64,000 bases of DNA from contig CAWCKE010000005.1 in NCBI GenBank assembly GCA_963796115.1, forward strand, positions 444,313 to 508,312, in the 5' to 3' direction. Source of the DNA: an uncultured Acidimicrobiia bacterium (lineage in GTDB: Bacteria > Actinomycetota > Acidimicrobiia > Spongiisociales > UBA11373). The position numbers were made by a program, and so were the translations under genes. Each line of letters opens with the position of its first letter. Positions within the stretch are counted from its first letter, which is position 1. The notes below the pieces were generated by a model. It worked only from the letters and a program-made list of their open reading frames with translations. It was not told the origin of the DNA and made no database searches. This document shows, one piece after another, positions 8,642-17,655 of this stretch.

Positions 8642-10319
8642 GTGGCCGAGGACATCTACGCGCTCTGCGACGCCCTGGTCGATGAGACGGCGGCCCTGTC
8701 GCCGGTGGCGGCGACGATGCTGGGCATCAAGGGGTACGACCACCTGTGGGACGACTTCAGCACCGAGGGGTGCGAGGAGCAGCGCCGGGCGGCGCGAGGG
8801 CCAGCTGGCCCGGGTGCGAGCGGCCGAGGTGGGCGACGACCCCTGGGCGGCCCTCGCCGCTGAGGTGGCCGCGGCGGCCATCGCCGACGAGCTGGCCCGC
8901 TTCGAGACCGACGAGCATCTGCGCGACCTGAACAACCTCGCCTCCACCCTGCAGCACGTGCGGGACGTCTTCGACCACATGGGCAAGGAGAGCCGGGAGG
9001 AGTGGGAGGCGGTGGCCTCCCGGCTGGAGGGCCTGCCGGCGGTCCTCGACGCCTACGGCCGCCGCCTGGAGGACGGGCGGCAGCGGGGCCTGGCGGTGGC
9101 CCGGCGCCAGGCCGCCGAAGGGGTGCGCCAGGCCCGCCACGCCGCCGGCCCCGAGTCCACGCTGCTGCGCCTGGCCGGGGAGTGGGAGGCGGCGGCCCTC
9201 GGGGATGAGGCCCTGGGCCGGCGAGTGGCGGAGGGGATCAGCGGGGGCCGTGGCCGCCTTCGGTGCCCTGGCCGACTACCTGGAGGCCGACTACCTGCCG
9301 TCGGCCGGGGAGGAGGACGGGGTCGGCGAGGAGCGGTACGGCCGGCTGGCGCGGCGCTTCCTGGGCTCCAGCCCCGACCTGCGGGCCACCTACGACTGGG
9401 GTTGGGCCGAGGTCGACCGTCTGCTCCGCCGCATGCGCGAGACGGCCGAGGCGATCAGCCCGGGGGCCTCGCTGGCCGAGGTCCTGCAGCTCCTGCAGGA
9501 GGACCCCGCCCGGGCCGCCGCCTCGCCGGCGGAGTTCCGCGACCTGATGCAGGAGCGGCAGGCGACCGCCCTGGCCGAGTTGGAGGGAGTCCACTTCGAC
9601 GTCCCGGAGCCCATCCGGCGTGTCGACGTCAAGCTGGCCCCGCCCGGCGGGGCGCTGGGCGCCTTCTACGTCGGCCCGAGTGAGGACTTCAGCCCGGCCG
9701 GGGACGGTGTGGTTCGCCATCGGCGAGCTGCAGGTGATCCCGCTGTTCGACCAGGTCTCCACGGCCTACCACGAGGGCTTCCCCGGCCATCACCTGCAGA
9801 ACGGCATCCAGCTGGCCTCGGCGGCCCGGCTGAGCCGCTTCCAGAAGCTGCTGGTGTGGTACCCGGGGAGCGGGGAGGGCTGGGCGCTCTACGCCGAGGA
9901 CCTCATGGAGGAGCTCGGCTACCTGGAGAAGCCCGACTACCTCATGGGGAAGCTGGCCTCCGAGATCCTGCGGGCCTGCCGGGTGGTCATCGACATCGGC
10001 TCCCACCTGGGCCTGCCTCATCCCCGGCGGCCAGCCGTTCCACCCGGGGGAGGAGTGGACCTTCGACGCCGGGGTGGAGATGCTCGTCGACTACGCCGCC
10101 CAGAGCCCCGACGTGGCCCGCTCCGAGATGACCCGCTACCTGGGCTGGCCCGGCCAGGCCATCTCCTACAAGGTGGGCCAGCAGGCCATCCGCGACCTGC
10201 GCGCCGAGGCCCAGCGGCGGCAGGGGGCCGGCTTCGACCGCAAGGCCTTCCACGCCCGGGTGCTGGAGATCGGCTCGGTGGGCCTCGACGTCCTGCGCCG
10301 CCACGTGGCGCGGTTCTGA
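8642..10319 (+). CDS. DUF885 family protein (putative metallopeptidase-like), interrupted by about 4 frame changes (approx 8797, 9243, 9700, 10020).
   Basis: Five track ORFs (8642, 8682, 9205, 9620, 10074) read consecutively as one protein: ..LSPVAATMLGIKGYDHLWDDFS..LASTLQHVRDVFDHM..GVGEERYGRLARRFLG..STAYHEGFPGHHLQ..WYPGSGEGWALYAEDLM..YLGWPGQAISYKVGQ. This matches DUF885. Confidence 0.75.
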
Positions 10320-10373
10320 CCACCGGGGCGCGGTGATGGCGCCGTCGCTCACCAGCTGCCGGCCGGGTCGCCG

Positions 10374-11293
10374 GTGATCGCGCTGGCCGCCGTGCTCCTG
10401 GCCGCCTGCGCGGGAGGCCGGAGAAGCGACGACGACCACGACCGCGACCACGTGCGACCACCGTGCCGCACCACCGTGCCCGTCGCCGCCCCGCTGGTGG
10501 TGGAGGGCCCGGGACGCTACGAGGGCGAGGTGGTCTCCGGAGGGCCTTCTGCGGCGCTTCGTGCTGGTGGTGCCCGAGTCGGCGCCCCGACCCGGCCCCG
10601 CTGGTGATCGTCTTCCACGGCTTCATGGGGAACCCCGCGGAGGTTGAGGAGACACCGGGATGACCGCGGTGGCCGCCGAGGAGGGCTTCGTGGTGGCCTA
10701 CCCCGAGGGTGCTCGGCCAGCCGCGCGCGGTGGCGATCCGATCCTCGCCAGGGCGATCTCGACGTGGCGTTCGCCAGGGACCTGGTCGCCTTGGTCGAGC
10801 GACGCGGTGGGCATCGATCCGCAACGGGTGTACGCCGCCGGCATGTCGAACGGTGGCGGGATGGCGGCCCGCCTGGCCTGCGACGCCTCCGACCTGGTGG
10901 CGTCGGCAGGCGCGGTGGCGGGGGCCTACCCCACGGGGGAGTGCTCGCCCGGCCGCCCGGTGCCGGTGTGGCGTTCCACGGCGACCGCCGACCCCATCGT
11001 GCCCTACGAAGGGTGGGGTGCCCTGTTGCCCGCCGTCGAGGACTGGGCGGCAGGGTGGGCCGAGCACAACGGCTGTGGGTCGGATTCGGGCGCGACGGTG
11101 GTGACCGCCGACGTCACCCGCCGGCACTGGGGCGATTGCGACGCCGGCGCCGACGTGGTCCTCTACACCGTGGCGGGGGGCCGCCACGGCTGGCCCGGCT
11201 CGGGCCGCGACACGGGCTGGGGCGGCTCCACCGACTCGGTGGATGCCTCGTCACTTGCTGTGGGAGTTCTTCGCCGCCCACCCGCTGCCCTGA
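10374..11293 (+). pseudogene. PHB-depolymerase-family esterase lipoprotein (LpqC-like). At least 8 frame changes, so it is either a true pseudogene or a very low-quality stretch.
   Basis: Lipobox VIALAAVLLAAC. Fragments in alternating frames: GLLRRFVLVVPESAP / DPAPLVIVFHGFMGNPAEVEETPG / MTAVAAEEGFVVAYPEG / DLDVAFARDLVALVE / GIDPQRVYAAGMSNGGGMAARLACD (GxSxG nucleophile elbow) / ADPIVPYEG / GGRHGWPG / LLWEFFAAHPLP-stop at 11291-11293. Confidence 0.7.
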
Positions 11294-11373
11294 GCCCCGC
11301 CGGGGTGGGGGTGGCGCCGTGGCCGCGACGGCGCCGGCCGGCCCGGCGAGGCTGCCCCCTACACTCGCCGATC

Positions 11374-12123
11374 GTGAGGTTGCGCGTCCTGGGCTCCAAC
11401 GGAACCTACCCCACTCCCGGCCATCCCTGTTCGGGTTACCTGGTCGAGTCGGGGGACACGGTGGTGATGCTCGACGCCGGGCCGGGGACGGTGGCGGCCC
11501 TGCAGGAGGCGGGGGCGGCCGGCCGGCTGTCGGCTCTCGCTGCTCACCCACGCCCATCCCGACCACTGCGCGGATGTCTTCTCCCTCTTCCACCTGATGC
11601 GCCTGGGGCCCGAGCCGAGGGCCGGCCTGCCCGCCTTCGCGCCCGAGGGCCTGGCCGCCGCGTTCGCCCAGTTCCTGGGCGCCGACGAGGACCACGCCTT
11701 CCACCGGGTCTTCGAGTGGCACACGGTGGCGCCGGGCGACACGGTGACGTTGGGCGGCCTGGAGATGGCCTTCGGCCTCGCCGTTCACCAGGTGCCCGAC
11801 CCTGGTGGTCTCCCTGGTCGCCGGAGGGCGGAAGTTCGTGTACTCCGCCGACACCGGCCCCGGCGGGGACCTGGCGGCGATGGCATCGGGCGCCGACCTG
11901 CTCCTCTGCGAAGCCACGCTGCCGGGCGAGCGGAACGGCCGCCGGCTGGCCGTATCACCTCTCGGCTGCCGGCGCCGGCGCCCTGGCCCAGGCGGCGGGG
12001 GTGGGCCGGCTCCTCTTGACGCACCTCAACCCTACGTTGGACCCGGAGCGCTCGGTGGCCGAGGCCGCCGCCGTCGTTCGCGGGCCCGGTGGAGTGGGCC
12101 GCCCCCGGTCTGGAGGTGCAGGT

Positions 12124-12127
<4 letters not shown>
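11374..12127 (+). CDS. MBL-fold metallo-hydrolase, in a position equivalent to the mycobacterial Rv1339-type cyclic-nucleotide phosphodiesterase upstream of rph. About 4 frame changes (approx 11545, 11800, 11940, 12075).
   Basis: GTG 11374 is preceded by TACACT at 11360-11365. VRLRVLGSNGTYPTPGHPCSGYLVESGDTVVMLDAGPG / LSLLTHAHPDHCADVFSLFH (HxHxDH) / LVVSLVAGGRKFVYSADTGP..ADLLLCEATL / YHLSAAGAGALAQAAGVGRLLLTHLNP / VEWAAPGLEVQV-stop. Confidence 0.7.
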
Positions 12128-12828
<701 letters not shown>

Positions 12829-12829
<1 letters not shown>

Positions 12830-13416
12830 TGGGCCTGCCCCGCCGGCTGGTGGTGGCCACCAAGAACCCCGACAAGGTGCGGGAGGTCCGGGCGGTGATG
12901 GCCTCGGTCGCTCCCGAAGTCGAGCTGGTCGCAGGCGGAGACTGGCCCGACGTGGCGGAGACCGGCGCCACCCTCGAGGAGAACGCCCTCATCAAGGCGC
13001 GGGCGGTGGCGGCGGCGACGGCGCTGCCGGCAGTGGCCGACGACACCGGCCTCGAGGTCGACGCCCTCGGGGGGGCGCCGGGCGCCCACACCGCTCGTTA
13101 CGCCGGGCCCGACGGCGACTACGCCGCCAACCGGAGAGCGCTCCTGGAGGCCCTGCGCGGGACCGCCGACCGGCGCGCCCGCTTCCGCACCGTGGTCGCC
13201 CTGGTCGTGCCGGGGGAGCCCGACGTGCTGGTGGAGGGAGTGCTCGAAGGCCGGATCACCACCAGCGAACGGGGGAGCGGGGGCTTCGGCTACGACCCCA
13301 TCTTCGAGGTGGAGGGGAGGACGCTGGCGGAGATGGGCGAGGAGGAGAAGAACCGCATCAGCCACCGGGCACGCGCCCTGCGGGCGCTGGCGGCCCGGGC
13401 CGTTCCCCGGGGGTGA
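12829..13416 (+). CDS. rdgB: XTP/dITP diphosphatase (RdgB/HAM1 family).
   Basis: The ATG overlaps the rph stop (ATGA). MGLPRRLVVATKNPDKVREV..DDTGLEVDALGGAPGAHTARY..GGFGYDPIF..EEKNRISHRARAL. This is the last segment of the chimeric track ORF 10660..13416. Confidence 0.9.
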
Positions 13417-13484
13417 GGCTGCGGCCGGGCCGACGGGGTTTCGCTACCGCCCAATCCGAGAGCCCGCGGTAACCTGCCCTTCCC

Positions 13485-15444
13485 ATGCGTCGGTACGTCC
13501 AGGTCTGGGTTGCCGCGTCGCTCGCGGCCTCCGCGCTGTTCGTCGCGCCCGCCGCCGCTCGGCGCCGATCCCGTCCTGACCCTGACCCCGCCCGCCGGCC
13601 AGGTCACCGAGGGGTCTGCGGTCCGGGTCACCGCCCGGTTCGACGCCGCCGGTTCGGCCGCCCCCGAGCGGTTCAGCTTCGCCTGGGGTGAAGGGTCGGT
13701 CTCGGTGATGGCCGCGCCGGCCGATCCTCCCTATTCCACGTATGCGACGCACACCTACGCCGACGAGGGCACCTACCAGGTGCGGGTGCAGGTGAGCGTC
13801 CCGGGCGCCTCCCCGATCAGCCGCGGCATCCCGGTGACGGTGATGAACGCCGCGCCGGTGCTGGCCCCCCTGCCCGACACGGTCGCTCCCCTCCGCCAGC
13901 AGTTCGGCTCTCGGTGTCGTTCACCGACCCGGGGTCGGCCGACACCCACGAGGTGGTGGTGGACTGGGGCGACGGCGCCGAGGACCATCAGGCCGGGGTC
14001 ACCGGGGGGACGGCCTCGTTCACCCATCGGTACACCGCGCCAGAAGACCTATGTGGCCACGGTGAGCGTGGACGACGGTGACGGCGGGCGGGACACGGCC
14101 ACCTTCCAGGTTCAGGCCGTGCTCGCCTGCGGGGGGCGGCCGGTGACCATCAACGCGGCGGCGGCCCGGTCCGGCCGGGTGCTGGGCACCGCGGGCCCCG
14201 ACGTCATCATGGGCACGCCCGGGCCCGACATCATCTCGGGTGGGGGCGGCCGGGACACCATCTGCGGCGCAGGAGGGGCCGACACCCTGTCCGGGAACGC
14301 CGGCGACGACACCCTGCTGGGTGGGCCGGGGGACGACACCCTGCTGGGTGGGCCGGGGGCCGACACACTGCTCGGCGAAGCCGGCGACGACACCCTGGAA
14401 GGCAACGTCGGCGCCGATGCCCTGGCCGGCGGGCCGGGCCCGGATGGGCTCTGGGGTGGCACCGACGGCGACGTGCTGCACGGCGGCGCCGGTGCCGACC
14501 GCTTGTACGGGGGCGACGGAAACGACTTCCTGTTCCGCAGCGAGTGGCCCAACCTCGACCAGATGGACGGCGGGCTGGGCGAGAACGTGGTCGACACGGG
14601 CAAGCGGGGAACCGAGGCCACCGGCATCCGCCGGTATCTGACCGAGGCGGAGGCGCTGGCCTTCCAGGGGTCCTACCTTCTGGGCGAGTTCACCACCTAC
14701 CACGACTGCTGCCAGGACCGCGTGGTGAACATCCAGTTGATGGCCGACACCATCAGCGGGCACGTGGTGATGCCCGGGGAGACCTTCTCGGTCAATGCGA
14801 CCGTGGGCCGGCGCACCACCGAGAAGGGCTATCGCCCGGCCGGGGCCATCATCGGCGGCTACGTGCAGTGCTGCGGGTACGCCGACAACATCGGCGGCGG
14901 CACGAGTCAGTTCGGCACCACCATCTACAACGCGGTCTTCTTCGCCGGCCTCGAGGACGTCGAGCACCAGCCTCACTCCCTGGACTTCGCCCGCTACCCC
15001 GACGGGCGGGAGGCCACCATGGGCTACCCCCGCCCCGACGTGGTGTTCCGCAACGACACGGACCACCCGGTGTTGGTGACCACCCACCACGCCGGGTTCC
15101 GGGGGACCAGCATCACCGTGAAGATCTGGGGCGACAACGACGGCCGGCAGGTCACCGCCGGGGCCAGTGCGCGGCGCGGCATCTACACCACCGGCCGTGT
15201 CGTGGAAGAGGTCGACTACTCGCTGTCCTGCGGCCGGTCCTACGTGAAGGTGCCCGCCCAGGCCGGGTACACGATCGACGTGTTCCGCTACATCACCTAT
15301 AGAGACGGCAGCCGCACCACCGAGAAGTGGACCTGGACCTACTCGGCCGGGCCCGAGGTGCGCCGGGTGGGAGCGTGCTACCCAGGGGGCGGGGGGGACG
15401 ATGATGATGACGACGACGGTGGCGGGGGGCCGGCGCCGGAGTAG
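13485..15444 (+). CDS. Secreted multidomain protein: signal peptide, 2 PKD-like domains, RTX/hemolysin-type Ca-binding repeats, a VanW domain and a poly-Asp tail. Frame changes at approx 13555, 13905 and 14046.
   Basis: MRRYVQVWVAASLAASALFVAPAAA (signal). FSFAWGEGS..HTYADEGTYQVRVQVS and LSVSFTDPGSADTHEVVVDWGDGAED..FTHRYTAPE..YVATVSVDDGDGG (PKD-like). GGxGxD nonapeptides run through GGGGRDTICGAGGADTLSGNAGDDTLLGGPGDDTLLGGPGADTLLGEAGDDTLEGNVGADALAGG.. VanW-like GHVVMPGETFSVNATVG..GYRPAGAI..GGGTSQFGTTIYNAVFFAGLEDVEHQPHSLDFARYPDGREATMG..DVVFRNDTDHPVLV. C-terminus GGGGDDDDDDDGGGGPAPE. Confidence 0.75.
14236..14535 (+). repeat. RTX-type nonapeptide (GGxGxDxL/I) coding repeats, about 10 copies.
   Basis: Direct reading of the 13485..15444 product shows successive 27-nt units encoding GG.G.D.L.. 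Confidence 0.75.
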
Positions 15445-15554
15445 TGGCGGCGCTGGAGGGGCACGTCGGGCGCCTCGGACCGATCGGTGAAGGTGTCCCG
15501 CCCGGTGCTCCGCTCGATCCGTGCCAGGGAGACCGCTGAGCCGCACCCGGCACA

Positions 15555-15616
15555 GGCGGTCGGCGTAGCGTGGCCCAGAGAGTGCCCGACCGGGCACGGT
15601 GAGCGGGAGGTGCGGG
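15555..15616 (+). promoter_or_regulatory. Copy 1 of a conserved 5' cassette: cggcgTAGCGTGG (15566-15573), the palindrome GTGCCC-gacc-GGGCAC (15582-15597), and the GGGAGG RBS.
   Basis: It aligns almost base-for-base with 16228-16289 (see findings). It sits immediately upstream of the ATG at 15617. Confidence 0.5.
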
Positions 15617-16153
15617 ATGGCACGGACCAGGATGGTCTCCACGGCGCTGCTGCTGGCGCTGCTGGTGGCGGTACTGCTGAGCCTGCCCGCGGAGGGCGGC
15701 CAGGCGGGGGCGGTGGAGCCACGGACGACTACGGCCAAGATCATGATCCCGGCGGCAGCCTTCATCCCTGCCGCCAGTTGGATGGACTACACGGGCGGCG
15801 ACTTCTTGATGACGCCCGACCTGGCCTCATTCTTCGCCCCGCTTGCGTTCCCGGTCCCGGTGGTGAACATCAAGAGCATCACGGTGTACGCCACGGACAT
15901 GCAGCCTGACGATTCGGTCTGCGTCTACCTGTACCGGTCCAGCCCGATCCATGGCCGTGAGGGGACCAGGTTCAGCGGGCAGGCATGCACGACCGACAGC
16001 AGCGCCGACCCCCAGGCGGTCACCAACCTGCGGCGCATCTACCCGAGCCTGGTGAACACCGCCGTCCACGGGTCGTACCTGTGGGCGTCGGTGACCGGTG
16101 GCGCATTCATGTACGGCGTGCAGGTCACCTACACCTACCAGACCACGCCCTGA
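15617..16153 (+). CDS. Secreted protein of unknown function.
   Basis: ATG 15617 lies inside track ORF 15599..16153, 7 nt after GGGAGG. MARTRMVSTALLLALLVAVLLSLPAEGGQA is a signal peptide. The mature part (..IMIPAAAFIPAASWMDYTGGDFLMT..VNIKSITVYATD..YGVQVTYTYQTTP) belongs to no family I recognise. Confidence 0.55.
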   Translation: MARTRMVSTALLLALLVAVLLSLPAEGGQAGAVEPRTTTAKIMIPAAAFIPAASWMDYTGGDFLMTPDLASFFAPLAFPVPVVNIKSITVYATDMQPDDSVCVYLYRSSPIHGREGTRFSGQACTTDSSADPQAVTNLRRIYPSLVNTAVHGSYLWASVTGGAFMYGVQVTYTYQTTP

Positions 16154-16227
16154 CCAACCAGCCGGTTTGGCACCCTCGCTGCCTCGCCCATGCCAGGACG
16201 GCGAGCCAGTGAACCACATCGGGTGCC

Positions 16228-16289
16228 GCCGGTCGGCCTAGCGTGGGCCGGGCGGTGCCCACCGGGCACGCTGATCGGGAGGTGCAGCG
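16228..16289 (+). promoter_or_regulatory. Copy 2 of the conserved 5' cassette: cggccTAGCGTGG (16239-16246), the palindrome GTGCCC-acc-GGGCAC (16255-16269), and the GGGAGG RBS.
   Basis: Paralogous to 15555-15616. It sits immediately upstream of the ATG at 16290. Confidence 0.5.
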
Positions 16290-16643
16290 ATGGCCAGGAC
16301 CGTATTTACGGCGCTGCTGGTGGCGCTGCTGTCGCTCGCCGCTGCTGGCTGCGGAGGTGGGGACGGGGGCGGGGCACCCCTCACCGATGAACTGTCGGAG
16401 CTGATCAGCGTGTCGTTCCAGGTCTGCCCCGACGATATCCACGCTGGGCAGCTAGCCCCGGTGGCCGATGTGACCTGCGAGCAGGTGTGCCAGGTGCTGG
16501 GCTTCCAGGGCTGCGAGTACCGGGCAGGGCAGTCGGGGATGGAGACCTGCACCCCGACGAATCCGGACCAGAGCGGCTCCTGCGAGGACGCCTTCTCCGA
16601 AGGCTGGAGTTCGCAGTGCCGCTGCGTTCCAGCAGGGTCATAG
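16290..16643 (+). CDS. Cysteine-rich lipoprotein of unknown function.
   Basis: Track ORF of 117 aa. MARTVFTALLVALLSLAAAGC has a lipobox (LAAAGC). There are eight further Cys in the ~95-aa mature domain (QVC, VTC, QVC, QGC, ETC, GSC, SQC, RC). Confidence 0.55.
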   Translation: MARTVFTALLVALLSLAAAGCGGGDGGGAPLTDELSELISVSFQVCPDDIHAGQLAPVADVTCEQVCQVLGFQGCEYRAGQSGMETCTPTNPDQSGSCEDAFSEGWSSQCRCVPAGS

Positions 16644-16890
16644 ACCTTCCGCGCCGCCGTGGCGCACGCCTGTCGCCTCGCTCGGCCCCGGCGAGGTCGT
16701 CGCTATAGGGCCGGTGAGGTTGGCGGTGCTGGCGGGACCGCCGGTGTCGGGGTCCGACAACGCAGGCCCCGGTGGGCGGAGCCGACCGCAGCGCGGCACA
16801 GGCCGCGCAGAGGATGACAACCACTCCTGCAAGCGGACCAGGGTGCGCTTCGGCCACGCGCGAGGGGCGGCCGAACGCCCAGGTCAGCGA

Positions 16891-16978
16891 TGGTGCGGGC
16901 GGTGGGACTCGAACCCACATCGGGCTTGCGCCCACCGGATCCTAAGTCCGGCGCCTATGCCAATTCGGCTACGCCCAC
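16891..16978 (-). tRNA. tRNA-Leu (anticodon TAG), type II with a long variable arm; CCA is encoded.
   Basis: Reverse complement: gtgggcg ta gccgaattggcataggc g ccgga cttagga tccgg tgggcgcaagcccgat gtggg ttcgagt cccac cgcccgc a cca. The 7-bp acceptor has one G-U pair, and a TTCGAGT T-loop is present. Confidence 0.9.
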
Positions 16979-17069
16979 GATGGGGTAAGGGTACAGAGAG
17001 AGGGCTCCGAGCGGGTCGCGACCGGCGCCGCCGGGAAGGCGGCGACGGGGAACCCTTCCGGGAAGAGAG

Positions 17070-17144
17070 TGGGTCGCCAGGGACTTGAACCCTGAACCTG
17101 CGGATTAAGAGTCCGTTGCTCTGCCGAAATTGAGCTAGCGACCC
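17070..17144 (-). tRNA. tRNA-Lys (anticodon CTT).
   Basis: Reverse complement: gggtcgc ta gctc aatttcggca gagc a acgga ctcttaa tccgc aggtt caggg ttcaagt ccctg gcgaccc a. Confidence 0.9.
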
Positions 17145-17233
17145 GGCGCAAGGTTAGCCAGCCTCGGCGAGGGCACAACCGAAGCGAGACCTGCCCCGGT
17201 GACGGAGCGGGCCGTGGCACAATGGCCACGTCG

Positions 17234-17307
17234 CGGGCTGTGGCGCAGCTTGGTAGCGCACCTGCTTTGGGAGCAGGGGGTCGCCGGTTCGAGTCCGGCC
17301 AGCCCGA
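17234..17307 (+). tRNA. tRNA-Pro (anticodon TGG).
   Basis: cgggctg tg gcgc agcttggta gcgc a cctgc tttggga gcagg gggtc gccgg ttcgagt ccggc cagcccg a. Confidence 0.9.
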
Positions 17308-17336
17308 CTCCCCGGGCTATGCTGCCCCGGCAGCCG

Positions 17337-17407
17337 GCGGGTGTAGCTCAATGGCAGAGCTCCAGCCTTCCAAGCTGGTGGTGGGGGTTCGATTCCCCTC
17401 ACCCGCT
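17337..17407 (+). tRNA. tRNA-Gly (anticodon TCC).
   Basis: gcgggtg ta gctc aatggca gagc t ccagc cttccaa gctgg tggt ggggg ttcgatt cccct cacccgc t. Confidence 0.9.
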
Positions 17408-17432
17408 CGACGGACCCGGCGGCCGAGGTGTC

Positions 17433-17505
17433 GCCCCCGTAGCTCAGTGGACAGAGCAGGAGCCTTCTAAGCTCTTGGCCGGGGGTTCGAATCCCTCCGG
17501 GGGCG
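17433..17505 (+). tRNA. tRNA-Arg (anticodon TCT).
   Basis: gcccccg ta gctc agtggaca gagc a ggagc cttctaa gctct tggcc ggggg ttcgaat ccctc cgggggc g. Confidence 0.9.
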
Positions 17506-17520
17506 CCGGGCCCCGTCCGT

Positions 17521-17595
17521 GGTGGCCGTAGCTCAGTTGGTTAGAGCGCCAGGTTGTGGCCCTGGAGGTCGGGGGTTCGAGTCCCCTCGGTCACC
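17521..17595 (+). tRNA. tRNA-His (anticodon GTG) with an encoded G-1.
   Basis: g gtggccg ta gctc agttggtta gagc g ccagg ttgtggc cctgg aggtc ggggg ttcgagt cccct cggtcac c. The extra 5' G opposite discriminator C is the tRNA-His hallmark. Confidence 0.9.
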
Positions 17596-17655
17596 CTCGA
17601 GTGCGAGACGGCCGTGCGGCCGTCTCGCCGTTCACGCGTCGGGAAGGTGGTACAG

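Noticed and set aside
14236-14535. Regularly spaced short repeats here, at 5600-5830 and at 39621-39718, which could have been a CRISPR array.
   Set aside because: The units are 27, 30 and 21 nt with no unique spacers. They are in frame and encode RTX nonapeptides, Gly/Val/Gln decapeptides and a Thr-rich linker respectively. No cas genes are present.
16644-16890. A 247-nt gap between the Cys-rich lipoprotein gene and tRNA-Leu, examined for a small RNA or small membrane ORF.
   Set aside because: There is only a weak hairpin (GGGCG-gccgaa-CGCCC at ~16865-16880) downstream of tRNA-Leu. The hydrophobic minus-strand reading (..LAGVVVILCAACAAL..) belongs to an ORF that overlaps the tRNA and has no start context.
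13485-17595. A possible genomic island integrated at the tRNA cluster.
   Set aside because: There is no integrase, recombinase, transposase or duplicated tRNA 3' segment (att-like direct repeat), and no obvious compositional break. I report the genes as accessory, but I do not call a mobile element.
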